Assembly (NCBI GenBank): GCA_963831175.1
Contig: CAWHOZ010000006.1
Location: 15,833-79,832 of the forward strand
DNA: 64,000 nucleotides
DNA from: an uncultured Alphaproteobacteria bacterium
GTDB lineage: Bacteria; Pseudomonadota; Alphaproteobacteria; Rhizobiales; Hyphomicrobiaceae
Reading direction: 5' to 3'
Part shown: positions 20,815 to 31,611 of the stretch, piece by piece
Layout: each line of letters begins with the position of its first letter
Numbering within the stretch: position 1 is the stretch's first letter
Translations under genes and position numbers: made by a program
The notes under the pieces: model-generated
What the model was told of the DNA's origin: nothing
Database searches by the model: none
Seen by the model: only the letters and a program-made list of their open reading frames with translations

Positions 20815-22206
20815 ATGGACTTCGATGCCGTACTGCTCGCCCGCATCCAGTTCGCGTTCACCATCTCCTTTCACATCATCTTTCCGAGCTTCACCATCGG
20901 CCTGGCGGCCTTCATCGCCACGCTGCTGGTGCGCTGGCGCATGACCGGCCGCGACCACCTGCATCGCCTCGCCCGCTTCTGGACCAAGATCTTCGCCGTG
21001 TCGTTCGCCATGGGCGTCGTCTCGGGCATCGTGCTGTCGTACCAGTTCGGCACCAACTGGAGCCAATTCTCCGTCGTCGTCGGCAACGTGCTCGGCCCGC
21101 TGCTTGGCTACGAGGTGCTGACGGCCTTCTTCCTCGAGGCGACGTTCCTCGGCATCATGCTGTTCGGCTGGGAGCGGGTGCCGCCCAATCTGCACGTCGC
21201 CTCCGCCAGTGCTGGTCGCCGTCGGCACCTCGATCTCCGCCTTCTGGATCCTCGCCGCCAACAGCTGGATGCACACGCCGGCCGGCCACGAGATGCGCGA
21301 CGGCATCGCCTATCCGGTCGACTGGCTGCAGATCATCTTCAATCCCAGCTTCCCCTATCGCTTCGCGCACATGTTCACCGCCGCCTACCTCACGACCTCG
21401 CTCGTCGTGCTGGCGGTGGGCGCGCGCTACCTCGTCACGGGCCGCTTCACCGAGGAGGCGAAGACGATGATGCGCATGGGGCTCGGCATGGTCGCGATCC
21501 TGGCGCCGCTGCAGGTCTTCATCGGCGACATGCACGGCCTCAACACGCCAAGCATCAGCCCGCGAAAATCGCCGCGATGGAGGGCCATTGGGACGGATCG
21601 AAGCCCGCGCCGCTGGTGCTGTTTGCCGTGCCCGACTCGGCCGAGGAGCGAAACGACTACGAGATCGCCATCCCGAAGCTGCGCCAGCTTGATCCTCACG
21701 CACAGCTCCGAACGGCTTGTTCCAGGGCCTCAAGGATTTCCCGCCTTCGGAGCGTCCGCCGGTGAACCCGGTGTTCTTCGCCTTCCGCATCATGGTGGGC
21801 ATCGGCTTGCTGATGATGCTATCGGTGTCGTCGGCGCCTTCCTCTGGTGGCGCGGCCGGTTGTTCGACACCCGCTGGTATCTGCTGCCGGTGCAGTACGC
21901 CTGGCCACTGGGCTTCATCGCGATCCTCGCCGGCTGGTGGGTCACCGAGACCGGCCGCCAGCCGTGGATCGCCACGGCATACTGCGCACCGCCGATGCCG
22001 TGTCGCCGGTCCGCCGGCCGCCGTGCTGCTCAGCCTGATCCTGTTCGTCATCGTCTACGGCATCGTGTTCTCGATGGGCATCTACTACATCAGTCGGCTG
22101 ATCGAATACGGCCCCAAAGGCGCCGCCGCCGAGACGCCCGACGGCGTGCCGTCCGGCCACTCTCCGCCGCCGGACGGCCGCGCAAGAAGCCATCGAGGGG
22201 ACCTGA
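20815..22206 (+). CDS. cydA: Cytochrome bd ubiquinol oxidase subunit I (short Q-loop, CIO-like), frameshifted
   Basis: LARIQFAFTISFHIIFP, YQFGTNW, FFLEATF, ANSWMHTP, QPAKIAAMEG and TETGRQPW across frames; stop approximate. Confidence 0.93.
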
Positions 22207-22209
22207 GCC

Positions 22210-23219
22210 ATGGACGACATCTCCTACTGGCTGCCGCTCGTCTGGCCGGCGTCATCGGCATCGCCGTCGCCCTGTACGTCGTGCTCGATGGCTTCGATCT
22301 GGGCATCGGCATCCTGTTCCCGTTCACCCCCGAGGAAGAGCGGCGCGACGTGATGATGAACTCGGTCGCGCCGTTCTGGGACGGCAACGAGACGTGGCTG
22401 GTGCTCGGCGGCGCCGGCCTGTTCGTCGCCTTCCCGCTGGCCTACGCGATCATCATGCCGGCCGTCTACCTGCCGCTCATCATCATGCTGCTCGCCCTCG
22501 TGTTCCGCGGCGTCGCCTTCGAATTCCGCTGGGTGGCCAAGCCCAGCCACGAGTTCTGGGATATCGCCTTCGCCTACGGCTCCATCGTCGCCGCCTTCAT
22601 GCAAGGCGTCATGCTCGGCGGCTACCTGCAGGGCATCAACGTCGAGAACGGCCACTTCGCCGGCGGCCCGTTCGACTGGCTCACGCCGTTCGCGCTGTTT
22701 ACCGGCTTCGCGCTGATCGTCGGCTACGCGTTGCTCGGCGCGACATGGCTCGTGATGAAGACCGAGGGCGAGCTGGCGGTGAACGCACGGCGCTGGGCGC
22801 AGTACCTGCTGCTCGTCGTGCTCGTCTCATGGTCATCGTGAGCCTGTGGACGCCGCTCGCATTCGATCGCATCGCCGAGCGCTGGTTCACGTGGCCGAAA
22901 TGCTTTATCTGTCGCCGGTGCCGCTGCTCACCGCCGCGGCCGCGTTCGCGTGCTGGTAAGGGCTGAGAACGGCCGCGAGGTGATGCCGTTTATGTCGGCC
23001 GTATCGCTGTTCCTGCTCGGCTTCCTCGGCCTCGTCGTCTCCAACGTGCCCTACCTCGTACCGCCGTCGCTGACGTTCTGGGATGCCGCGGCCGTTCCGT
23101 CTTCGCAGATTTTCATGCTCGTCGGCACGCTAATCATGCTGCCCATGATCCTCGGCTACACGGTGTTCGTTTATTGGACGTTCCGCGGCAAAGTGCGCGA
23201 AGGCGAAGGCTATCACTGA
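22210..23219 (+). CDS. cydB: Cytochrome bd ubiquinol oxidase subunit II, frameshifted
   Basis: YVVLDGFDLGIG, PFWDGNETWLV, RGVAFEFR and terminal FRGKVREGEGYH. Confidence 0.93.
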
Positions 23220-23348
23220 GGTTTTCACTTGAGACTTTCGGCGGGGCCAAAGCCCTGCCATCATCTCATGCAGGTTCAATAAACCTCTCGATTCGCTGCG
23301 GTGGCAGCGGCGCCGTTGCCCATTTCACATCACCGATCCGGAGGCCGC

Positions 23349-24847
23349 ATGTTCGGCTGGCGCAAACGCAACGACGGCTTTGAATGGCGCGACTACGTGC
23401 GCACGACCATCCTCGTGCGGCGCAAGAAACGGCGCGATCGCGTCGGTGAAGTCCGCAAGGCCGCCGTCGAAAATCTAAAGGCGGCAGGACAGCGCGGTGC
23501 GGCGGCCGGTGCCGAAGGCGCCAAGGCGATGGGCCGCGGTGCCGTGCACGCCGGGCAGCAGGGCGCCATGATGGGCGCCGCCGGCGCCAAACGGATGGGC
23601 CTCGGCGCAGTTCACTACGGGCAGGCGCGGGCGGCCAGATGGTCTGGCGCAGTTGCCGGTGCAAAGGTCGCGGGCAGCAGAGCTGCGCGCCGGCATTCCC
23701 GTTGCATGGTCGTACCTGCAGCGGTTCGGCGCGGCGATCATGGCGGCTCTGTCCTATGTGTGGGCCGTGCTGCGCACGATCGCTGGGATCGTGTCGGACT
23801 ACCTGGGCCCGCTGCTGGCGCCCGTCGGTCGCGTGCTGCGCCAGCCAAGCGTCAGAATGCCTTTGCTCGTCGCCGGCAGCGTCGCGCTTCTAGGCGGCAT
23901 CATCCGCGCCTTCGCCAACGGCTTCGAGCGCGACACCTGGATCGCGCTGCTGATCGGCGCCGTCATTCTCGGTGTGCTGCTGCTCGCGCATCTGGCGGAA
24001 GGCACGCCGGCGTGGCTGTCCTCTCCCGCGGCGTCGGCGCGCGACAGACTGCGCGGACGTTTCGCCGGCGTCACCGCCAAGCCGGCGGTGCAAGGCGCGT
24101 TCGCGTTGGTCGTGCTGGGCCTGCTTCTCGCCGGCGCCGTCATGGCATGGCGCTCTTCGTCGGACAGCTCGGTTACAACCGCGAGCATGTCGCGCCAGGA
24201 AAGACGCGAAGCAGCGCGCGAGGAAGCGCGGCAAGCTGCTGCCAGCGGTGATATCGAAGGGCGTGGCACCGCCGTCACCGGCGACACGTTGCGCGTCGGT
24301 TCGACGACAGTGCGGCTGACCGGCATCGAGGCGCCGGAGCCCGATCAAACGTGCACCGACGGCGACGGCCGCGAATGGTCGTGCGGCCGACGCCGCGCGT
24401 CAGGCGCTCAGCGGGGTGCTGCGCACTGGCCGCGTGGTTTGCGATGTCTCCGGCAGTGCGGAGGGCCTGAGCAGCGGCGACTGCAAAATAGGCGATGTCG
24501 ACGTCGCTGCAGAGCTCGTGCGCGCTGGCCACGTGTTCGCAACCAGCGGGCTATTTGCCTCCTACGGCGGCATTGAAAACAAGGCGCGCGCCAATAAGGC
24601 GGGTATTTGGAGTGGTCAAGCCACGCGGCCGTCCGATTACCGCGCGCAAAAATGGGAAGAGGCCAAGCGCGAGGCGCCTGATGGCTGCCCCATCAAGGGA
24701 AATGTCCGCGGCGGTCGACGCTACTACGTCGTCCCGTGGGCGCGCGGCTATGAGCGGGTGAAGGTAACGCTTAGCCGTGGAGAGCGTTGGTTCTGCTCGG
24801 AATCCGAGGCGCAGGAAGCCGGCTTCAAGCCGTTCGAACAGTCCTAA
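23349..24847 (+). CDS. Membrane protein with a thermonuclease (SNase)-like domain and C-terminal CPIKGN...WFC domain, frameshifted
   Basis: N-terminal TM region; GDTLRV..VRLTGIEAPE..QTC, ARANKAGIW and CPIKGN...GERWFCSESEA. Confidence 0.8.
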
Positions 24848-24861
24848 AGCATGACGCAGCT

Positions 24862-24955
24862 GGAAAAGGAAAGCCCGCGCTCCGGGGGAAGAGCGCGGGC
24901 TGCGATGCGTGACGCCGCTTAGGGGGGACAGGTGGGAGGGCGCCACGTTCGGAGT
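24862..24955 (-). ncRNA. Candidate small RNA: two hairpins with C-rich (anti-SD-like) loops ending in a terminator
   Basis: Minus strand CGTGGCGCC-ctcccacctgtcccccctaagc-GGCGTCACG, then an 11-bp stem AGCCCGCGCTC/GAGCGCGGGCT with TTTCCTTTT tail; lies between convergent genes. Confidence 0.45.
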
Positions 24956-25135
24956 GTCATAGGATACCATTGCGGCCCATTTTGCAAGTAATTCCGCCGC
25001 CGTTTCTCCTAACAGTTAAGAAACAACTTACAATAGCGTAATGCTTTTAGTTTCCCTCCGGCATTTCACTGCAATGCACAAATGCCCGTGGAAATTGGCC
25101 ATAGGGCAATACAGTAAGTCTTCGCGAGCTGATCA

Positions 25136-26162
25136 CTACAGCTCGCGGTCAATCGGCCGCACCGCAATATCGGTAAGGCCGCTGCTGCGCACGACCGTTA
25201 CGGTGACGGTCTTGTCGATGCGCCGGCCATCCAGCATGCGAAACAGATCGTCAACTCCGGTGACAACCTCGCCGTCCAGCCGCACCAGCAGGTCGCCAGC
25301 CTTCAGGCCGGCTTGCCCGGCAGGGCTGTCCGGCTTGCACCTCGCGGATGCGCACGGCGCTCGCCTGCGCCAGGCTGGCCTTGTAGGCGATGCGCGCCGG
25401 TAGCTGCATTTGCTCGGCGACGATGCCGATGCGCGCGCGGCGCACGCGCCCATGCGCCAGGATCTGCGTCAGCACGTGCAGCGCCGTGTTTGCGGCGACC
25501 GAGAAGCAGATGCCCTGCGCCCCCATGATCACTGCCGTGTTGATGCCGATGACCTGGCCGGCCGAGTTGGCGAGCGGGCCGCCCGAGTTGCCCGGGTTGA
25601 GCGCGGCGTCCGTCTGGATGACGTCACCGATCAGCCGGCCGTTCTGTGCGCGCAGCGAGCGGCCGACGGCGCTGACGATGCCGGCCGTCACTGTCGACTG
25701 AAAGCCGAGCGGGTTGCCGATGGCGATAGCGATTTGCCCCGGGCGTACGCTCTTGGAATTGGCAAGGTGCGCCACCGGCAAGGTCTCGCCCGTCTCGCCG
25801 CGCAGCACGGCGAGGTCGGTATCGGGATCGCGGCCGAGCGCGCGGGCGGCAAACTTGCGCCCGTCCGACAGCGATACGGCGATCTCTTTGGAGCCGTCGA
25901 TAACGTGGTTGTTGGTGAGGATCAGTCCGTCGGGAGAGACGACGACGCCCGAACCGGTGCCTTCGGCGCGGCGTCCGTTGCGCACGCCGGCGACCTCCAC
26001 GTGCACCACGGCCGGCGCCACCGCGTCGACGGCGTCGACGACGGCGCGCGAATAGGAATCGAGGAGGTCTTCGTCGGCGAGGGCGCCGGTTGCAGGGGCG
26101 CTTGTTGACATACCGGCGCTGCTCGGCGGCGCTGAACCCAAAAATCCAAGAATATTCCGCAT
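25136..26162 (-). CDS. HtrA/DegP-like trypsin protease with one PDZ domain (frameshift near 25320)
   Basis: GSGVV, LTNNHV, DLAVL, AIGNPLG, IQTDAALNPGNSGGPL; PDZ SPAGQAGLKAGD in ORF 25136-25453; no evident signal peptide. Confidence 0.92.
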
Positions 26163-26272
26163 GTTGATCTCCCCTTGCACGACGGCGGCGCTTGAACGCC
26201 GGCGGTCGCAACGTGGGTTGATATGGGGAGCGGTAGGCTCGGTTGGGAAGGGCCAGTGAGCCGCGAGGCTGC

Positions 26273-27114
26273 CTAGCGCCAGGCGATCTCGATGGGCGAC
26301 AGGCGCAGCATGCCGGCGCTAGCCGGCGTGCGCTCGTAACCGATTGCGACGAGGACGCCGGTCAGCAGCGCTTTGTCGTCCTTGCGCAGTGGCACCCGGT
26401 CGTCTGCGGCGATGAGCTCGCCGTCGATCCACAGCCGCACGATGCCGTTCGGCTGGCCAGGATCGTTCAAGACGATTTCCTGCTCGATCTTGATCCAGTG
26501 GTTGGTCGGCAGCGAGAGCTAGCGCCTGACATGCGCAAATGCTCGCCACCGTCGAGCGCGGCAACGAGTGAGGGCTGGCCCTCGCTGCTCCATTCAAATG
26601 CCACTGTCAGCCGGTCGTTCACGGCACGCTGCCGCGGTGCCGCCGGTTCACCGCCGAATACGCCGGGAAGCACGCCGCCCCCGCCGAATTCGAATTTGTC
26701 CGGCAGCCAAACGCTGTAGGTGAGACAGGCGGAGGTAGCACCGGCGATGCCCGGTGGCGACCAGCGAAACTCGATGCCGTTGCGCATCTTCGCGTCGGGG
26801 TCGTCACCGGCGGGCAGATTGCGCAGCTTCACTTCCAGCGCATCGGGCGACGGGCCGCCGTCGACGGGTACGACTTTGGCGTTGTCGATGACGCCGAGAT
26901 CGCGCAAACCCGCGCGCGCCTGTAACTCGACGGCCGTCAATGGCTTGCCCGCGCCGGTCTGCAGCGAAAAGCGCGTCGCCGCCGGAAAGCGGGTGCTGCA
27001 GGGCTGCTCGACTTCGGTGTGAAACGCCGCGTAGACGACGTAGCCGACGACGAATAGGCCGACCAGCGCGCCGCCGAAGTTGATCAGCAGGTTGAGGTGC
27101 TTGGGGTTCTGCAT
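26273..27114 (-). CDS. Membrane-anchored polysaccharide-lyase-like (PL14-like) protein, frameshifted
   Basis: N-terminal TM helix; LTYSVWLPDKFEFGGGGVLPGVFGG and NDPGQPNGIVRLWIDG resemble PL14 motifs. Confidence 0.6.
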
Positions 27115-27477
27115 GGCCTTAAGTTTCGCCGCTCAAACTGCAGCTCGGGCGACGGTCGCCGGCGCAACTCAGCTTGCAGTACACCGATCTCGTTAAATAT
27201 CCGACCCAAGCTGGAGGGGGCCTTGAGCGAATCAGCTGGTATCGCGCCAACGCCGCCGACCGGCTGCGAGATCCTTCTCCGGGCGCGACATGAGGGTGCA
27301 AGCATTCATCAAGGTGTGAAATCGGCCGGCTTATCGCCCGATTTCACTGGCTGATTGCCCCGATCCGCGGGGATTACTCGGGCGCTTCGGCTTTTGTTGC
27401 CGCGCGTACTGAGCTAATAAGCACCCGGCTGTGAGCGATTTTTCGGTGCGCGTCGTCGCCAATCAGGGGAGAGCTTC

Positions 27478-28404
27478 ATGACGATCAGGCTGGCGCTGGC
27501 AGGCCTCGCATTGGCGATCGCGGGCGCGGTTTCGATGCCGCAAGCACGCGACGCAACTGTACTTCCCGTAGGCAAAGCGCTCGAGCGCAGCCAAGCGGCT
27601 TCGCCGGTAGTCCAAGTCAAGCAGCGCCGGCGCTCACGCAGCGTCGACACGCGCGCGACCGCGCCGGAGACATCCGCCATCCCGCCCGGCAAGGCGAACA
27701 ACGGCGAAGTGCTGTTCGGCGTGCAGGACGTCGGCTTCCTCGTCGACCGCGACGTCATCCGCGTCGGCTCCGAGATCGGCAAGTTCGACCGCATCCGTCT
27801 GCGCGTCCTGAAGAACGAGATTTTCGTCACCGACCTCAAGGCCATCTTCGACGATGGCTCGACGGAGACGCTGCTCACCGACGCCAAGATTCCTGCCGAC
27901 CGCAAGACCGACTGGATCACGCTCAAGCACAAAGGCTTCATCAAGGAGATCCAGCTCGTCTATCGCTCCAAGCCCGATTTCAAGGGCCAGGCGCGCGTCG
28001 AGGTGTTCGGCGAGTATGAGAATGGCTGGCTCGGGCCGAACGGCGAGGGCCGCAAGTACAACGGCGGCTGGGTGCTGCTCGGCACCGACACTGCGGGCAG
28101 CGTCGGCTTCGACCGCGTGAAGATCCCCGTCGGCCAAAACGACGGCGGCTTCAAGCAGTTGCGCGTCTCGGTCAAGGACCGCGACGTCACGATGACCAAT
28201 CTGGCGGTCGTCTACAACGACGGTGGCAAGGACGAGATCGAGACCAATCGCACCAAGATCGCCGCCGACGCCGCGTTCGGACCGGTCGACCTCAAGAAGG
28301 GCGCGACCATCAAGGAGATCGAGGCGACTTGGCGCTCACGCGCCCTCGCCACCTCCAAGCGCGATCGCGCCTACGCCACGGTGCAGGTGTGGGGTAAGCA
28401 CTGA
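27478..28404 (+). CDS. Exported protein with two tandem DUF2541-like domains
   Basis: Signal peptide; two repeats VL.G...(V)..DR..I.VG...G.F...R..V...KEI...R...A.V.V.G. Confidence 0.75.
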   Translation: MTIRLALAGLALAIAGAVSMPQARDATVLPVGKALERSQAASPVVQVKQRRRSRSVDTRATAPETSAIPPGKANNGEVLFGVQDVGFLVDRDVIRVGSEIGKFDRIRLRVLKNEIFVTDLKAIFDDGSTETLLTDAKIPADRKTDWITLKHKGFIKEIQLVYRSKPDFKGQARVEVFGEYENGWLGPNGEGRKYNGGWVLLGTDTAGSVGFDRVKIPVGQNDGGFKQLRVSVKDRDVTMTNLAVVYNDGGKDEIETNRTKIAADAAFGPVDLKKGATIKEIEATWRSRALATSKRDRAYATVQVWGKH

Positions 28405-28431
28405 GCGGAAATTCATCTGCGTGAGATGATG

Positions 28432-28456
28432 GGCCGGCGCCTAGCGCCGGCCTTTC
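28432..28456 (+). terminator. Hairpin, probable intrinsic terminator
   Basis: GGCCGGCGC-cta-GCGCCGGCC followed by TTT, about 30 bp after the stop codon. Confidence 0.55.
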
Positions 28457-28502
28457 ATCGTTGGGCTGCCTGGAGGTCTTCATTTCGCTTCAGCTTCCTG
28501 AC

Positions 28503-28590
28503 GTCTCCCGGGGCTCGTCCCCGGGATCCAACTGTCCGCGAGGGCATCCCCTGACGTGGGCTGGATCCCGGCAACAAGTGCCGGGATGAC
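28503..28590. repeat. Alphaproteobacterial REP/MITE-like nested palindromic element
   Basis: GTCTCCCGGGGCTCGTCCCCGGGATCCA...TGGATCCCGGCAACAAGTGCCGGGATGAC; two internal hairpins inside an outer inverted repeat, between convergent genes. Confidence 0.75.
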
Positions 28591-28640
28591 AAGGGGTGTT
28601 AGCTTGACGCAATGCCCGCAGAAGGAAGAGCAAGGGCAGG

Positions 28641-31499
28641 TTAGCCGAAGGCGCCGAAGTGGTGCGAGATGCCGGTGCCGATCTCGCGGATGAACTCGTA
28701 GGCCTCTTCCATCGGCGCCAAGATCTCCGTCTCGACACGCCCATAGTCGTCGATGCCATGCGGGCGATAGGTCGCCGACTCGGCATACTGCGCGCGGTCG
28801 CCGGCTTCTCTCAGGCGCCGCGGGAATGCCTGCCGCATTTCGGCGACGACCGCCGGCACATCGAGCATCAGCGCCATCTCGAACAGCTGACGGTGCGAGA
28901 TGTCGTTGCGCGGCGAGAAGCGCGGCATCTGCGCGGCGAGAATGAACACGCGCATGATCAGCGCCAAACGGATGGCCTGCAACAGGTCGAGCTCGAGGCG
29001 AGTGTCGTCGGGGATCTTGCCGCCCTCGATGCCGATCTCTTCCAGCATGGCGTGCAGCTCCACTGCGTCGAGACGCAGATGGTGCACGAGGCCGTTGATC
29101 TCACCGTTGCGGTCGTCGGCGAGCAGCAGTGAGGCGAGCGAACGGAAAGCCGGGTCGAGGTTCGGCTCGCGCCCCCATGAGGCGCGCCACGCCCAGAAGC
29201 CCGGATCGAATACGATGGCGTTGGCGCCCATGGCATTGAGACTGGAGAGCTGCTTGCCGCGCGCGATCATCTCCAACAGCGGACGCAGGCGCTGCGAGTT
29301 GCGCGCGAGCTCGATGAAGCGCTCGCGCTCGGAGCCGACCGCCGCGCCGAGACCGGCGACGACGTTGGCCACATAGCCGAACTGCTGCAGGATCGCGTTG
29401 TTGGGGATGGCGCGCATGCGCGCAACGGCGCTGCGGTCGGTGGCGCCGCCGGCGTCGCTCTGCCGCTTGACGGGGCGCGAGCCGGTCTTGAACAGGATGT
29501 TCGGGCCGAAGGCGCCCAGCACGGCGCGGTAGCCCGGATGCGCAAACAGATGCTCCTGGTAGGCGCGCAGCCGGCCGACGAAGTCGAGGCGCAGATCGGT
29601 GTCCTCGTAGAACGGATCCTCGCCGTCGGGCGGCACCTCGCCGTCCATGATGACGGTCGCCAGCGCGCGCGTCGTCAGGCGCCGGTTAGCGAAGAACAGG
29701 TAGCCGTCGCCGCCTTGGAAGCTCGTCTCGTGCTTGATCGGCACGCCATAGCGCGCAAAGCGGCGACGCGCCTCGTCGGAGAAGACGTAGTGCAGGCGCG
29801 TGCGCATCTCGCCGGGGTGGGCGCCGCGGCCCATCGATTCGCCGTGCGTCGAGAAGATCAGCGTTTCGACGCCCTTGAGGTCGGCGCGGTTCACCGCTTC
29901 GGCGATACCGTGATGCAAACGCTCGATGGCGAGGGTCGCGACGATCTGGCCGACGAAGCGACCGGCGTCGGAGAAGCCCGTCTGTAGCGCCATGCGCCGG
30001 CGGCGGCGCACATAGTTGATGTAGGCCTTCTCTTCGAGCAGGCGCTCGATGACGCGGGCGCCGGTCTCGAGGCCCAGCGGCGTCTCGAACAGCGGCGAAA
30101 CGTCGGTGATGTGATCGACGCCGAACAGCGTTGCAAAGAAGACGGCGATCAGCACCGTCGCCGGAGATTCCGTTTCGGCGATGAGGAAGCGGATCGGCGT
30201 CTCGCGATCGACGTGCTTGTGGATCTGCGCAATGAGCGCGAACTGCCGGATTGCCGTCGCCGTCTCGAGATCGAGCGACTCGAAGTTGACCGTCTCGCTG
30301 CGCGCAGCCTCGATCATGCCGACGATGCGGGCCAGCGCCTGGCTTTCCGAAAGATCGCGCGTCCACGGCTCGTGCACGAAGGCGCGGAAGGCATTGTTGA
30401 GCTGCACGGCGTTGATGCGCACGTGGATGTGCGCGGTGCCGAGCCCGGTTGCCTCCATCAGCCCCGCCAATACGGCGACGCCGCGCTTGGCTTTGCCGGC
30501 CGGAAGGGCGTCGACCAGCGAGCGCAACAGGCTGACGATCGGCTCGACCGTCGTGATGTTGTAGCCGTCCGAGCGGGTGATGATGTTGGCCGCCTCGGCG
30601 AGCGGCGTATCGGAGGTCATCACCTTGTCGAGCGCTTCGACCTGCTCGTCGACCGCGGCGATGGTGAGATCCAGCTTGCCGGTCACCTGACGCGAAAGCC
30701 GCTGCGCCTCGCCGTCGGCAGGCAGCTCGTTCTTCAGGCCGAGAAAGCGCTCGCGGATATCGGCGAGCGAGGCGCGCTTCTCCCGCAGGCGCAGGATGAA
30801 CGACTTGCGCCAGTCGATATCGGTGCGGCCGTCGAGGTCGTAGCCGACCCAGCAAGCGAACGTCGCCAGCTTGGGGCGCAGCGTGTAGGCCTTGTCGCCG
30901 AAACGGTTGGCTGCCGCGCTGAAGAAGCTGTCGAGCAGCTCGACGTAGGCGTTGCGCAGGTTCTGGATGGCGTTCTGAGCGCGCCCGTGCTCGTAGGCGA
31001 GGTCGATATCCTGGTCGGGCCGATGCGGCACGCCGATGCGCGTGTTGGGATCTACCTCGTCGGCGACGGCGATCTCGACGATGCGCTTTGACAGCGCGTC
31101 GGAGAGGCCGAACGTCGGGTGAGCGGTGAGGACGATGCCCGTGCGAGCCCGCTCCCAACGCGCCTTGAAGGTGTCGAAGTCGGTGGCCGCGGCGGCGCTT
31201 TCGACGAAGTCGGCGAATTCCTTGTAGGTCGTGCCGCGGTCGACGAAGCCGACGCGCTCGCGCAGGTGGCGGGCGCGCTGCACGCAGGCGCGGTCCATGA
31301 GGCGGCCGGCGAGTGCCTTCAGCTCAGCGAAGGTGATGTCGCCCGATTCAAGCCGGCGCGACAGATCGAAGGCGAGGCTGACGATAGGGTTGAGCGCCGG
31401 CGAATCGGGAATTTGCGTGCGCAGGGCGCGGAGCTCGTCGCGCAACCGGAACTCGTCGAGCTTCCCGGAGGCGGTCGGCTGCACGTCTTTCTGCATCAT
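28641..31499 (-). CDS. ppc: Phosphoenolpyruvate carboxylase, divergent type, in the serine-cycle operon
   Basis: VLTAHPT, WVGYDLDGR, SPLFET, GFSDAGR, GESMGRG and RAIPNN; position after mtkAB. Confidence 0.88.
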   Translation of the reverse strand: MMQKDVQPTASGKLDEFRLRDELRALRTQIPDSPALNPIVSLAFDLSRRLESGDITFAELKALAGRLMDRACVQRARHLRERVGFVDRGTTYKEFADFVESAAAATDFDTFKARWERARTGIVLTAHPTFGLSDALSKRIVEIAVADEVDPNTRIGVPHRPDQDIDLAYEHGRAQNAIQNLRNAYVELLDSFFSAAANRFGDKAYTLRPKLATFACWVGYDLDGRTDIDWRKSFILRLREKRASLADIRERFLGLKNELPADGEAQRLSRQVTGKLDLTIAAVDEQVEALDKVMTSDTPLAEAANIITRSDGYNITTVEPIVSLLRSLVDALPAGKAKRGVAVLAGLMEATGLGTAHIHVRINAVQLNNAFRAFVHEPWTRDLSESQALARIVGMIEAARSETVNFESLDLETATAIRQFALIAQIHKHVDRETPIRFLIAETESPATVLIAVFFATLFGVDHITDVSPLFETPLGLETGARVIERLLEEKAYINYVRRRRRMALQTGFSDAGRFVGQIVATLAIERLHHGIAEAVNRADLKGVETLIFSTHGESMGRGAHPGEMRTRLHYVFSDEARRRFARYGVPIKHETSFQGGDGYLFFANRRLTTRALATVIMDGEVPPDGEDPFYEDTDLRLDFVGRLRAYQEHLFAHPGYRAVLGAFGPNILFKTGSRPVKRQSDAGGATDRSAVARMRAIPNNAILQQFGYVANVVAGLGAAVGSERERFIELARNSQRLRPLLEMIARGKQLSSLNAMGANAIVFDPGFWAWRASWGREPNLDPAFRSLASLLLADDRNGEINGLVHHLRLDAVELHAMLEEIGIEGGKIPDDTRLELDLLQAIRLALIMRVFILAAQMPRFSPRNDISHRQLFEMALMLDVPAVVAEMRQAFPRRLREAGDRAQYAESATYRPHGIDDYGRVETEILAPMEEAYEFIREIGTGISHHFGAFG

Positions 31500-31577
31500 G
31501 GTCTCCACGCTCCGCAATCTGCCGCCGGCCCGCAGCAGTATGCTGTTCCGTGAAGAGCTCGGGGGCGCCGGGGGTGC

Positions 31578-31603
31578 GGGCCCGCCTCCGGTGAGGCGGG
31601 CCC
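31578..31603. other. Intergenic GC-rich hairpin between mtkB and ppc
   Basis: GGGCCCGCCTC-cggt-GAGGCGGGCCC with no U-tract; possibly an mRNA stability element. Confidence 0.5.
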
Positions 31604-31611
31604 CCAAGCTC

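Noticed and set aside
25016-25031. CtrA box near the candidate sRNA promoter
   Set aside because: TTAA-N8-TTAC has the wrong spacing and a mismatch
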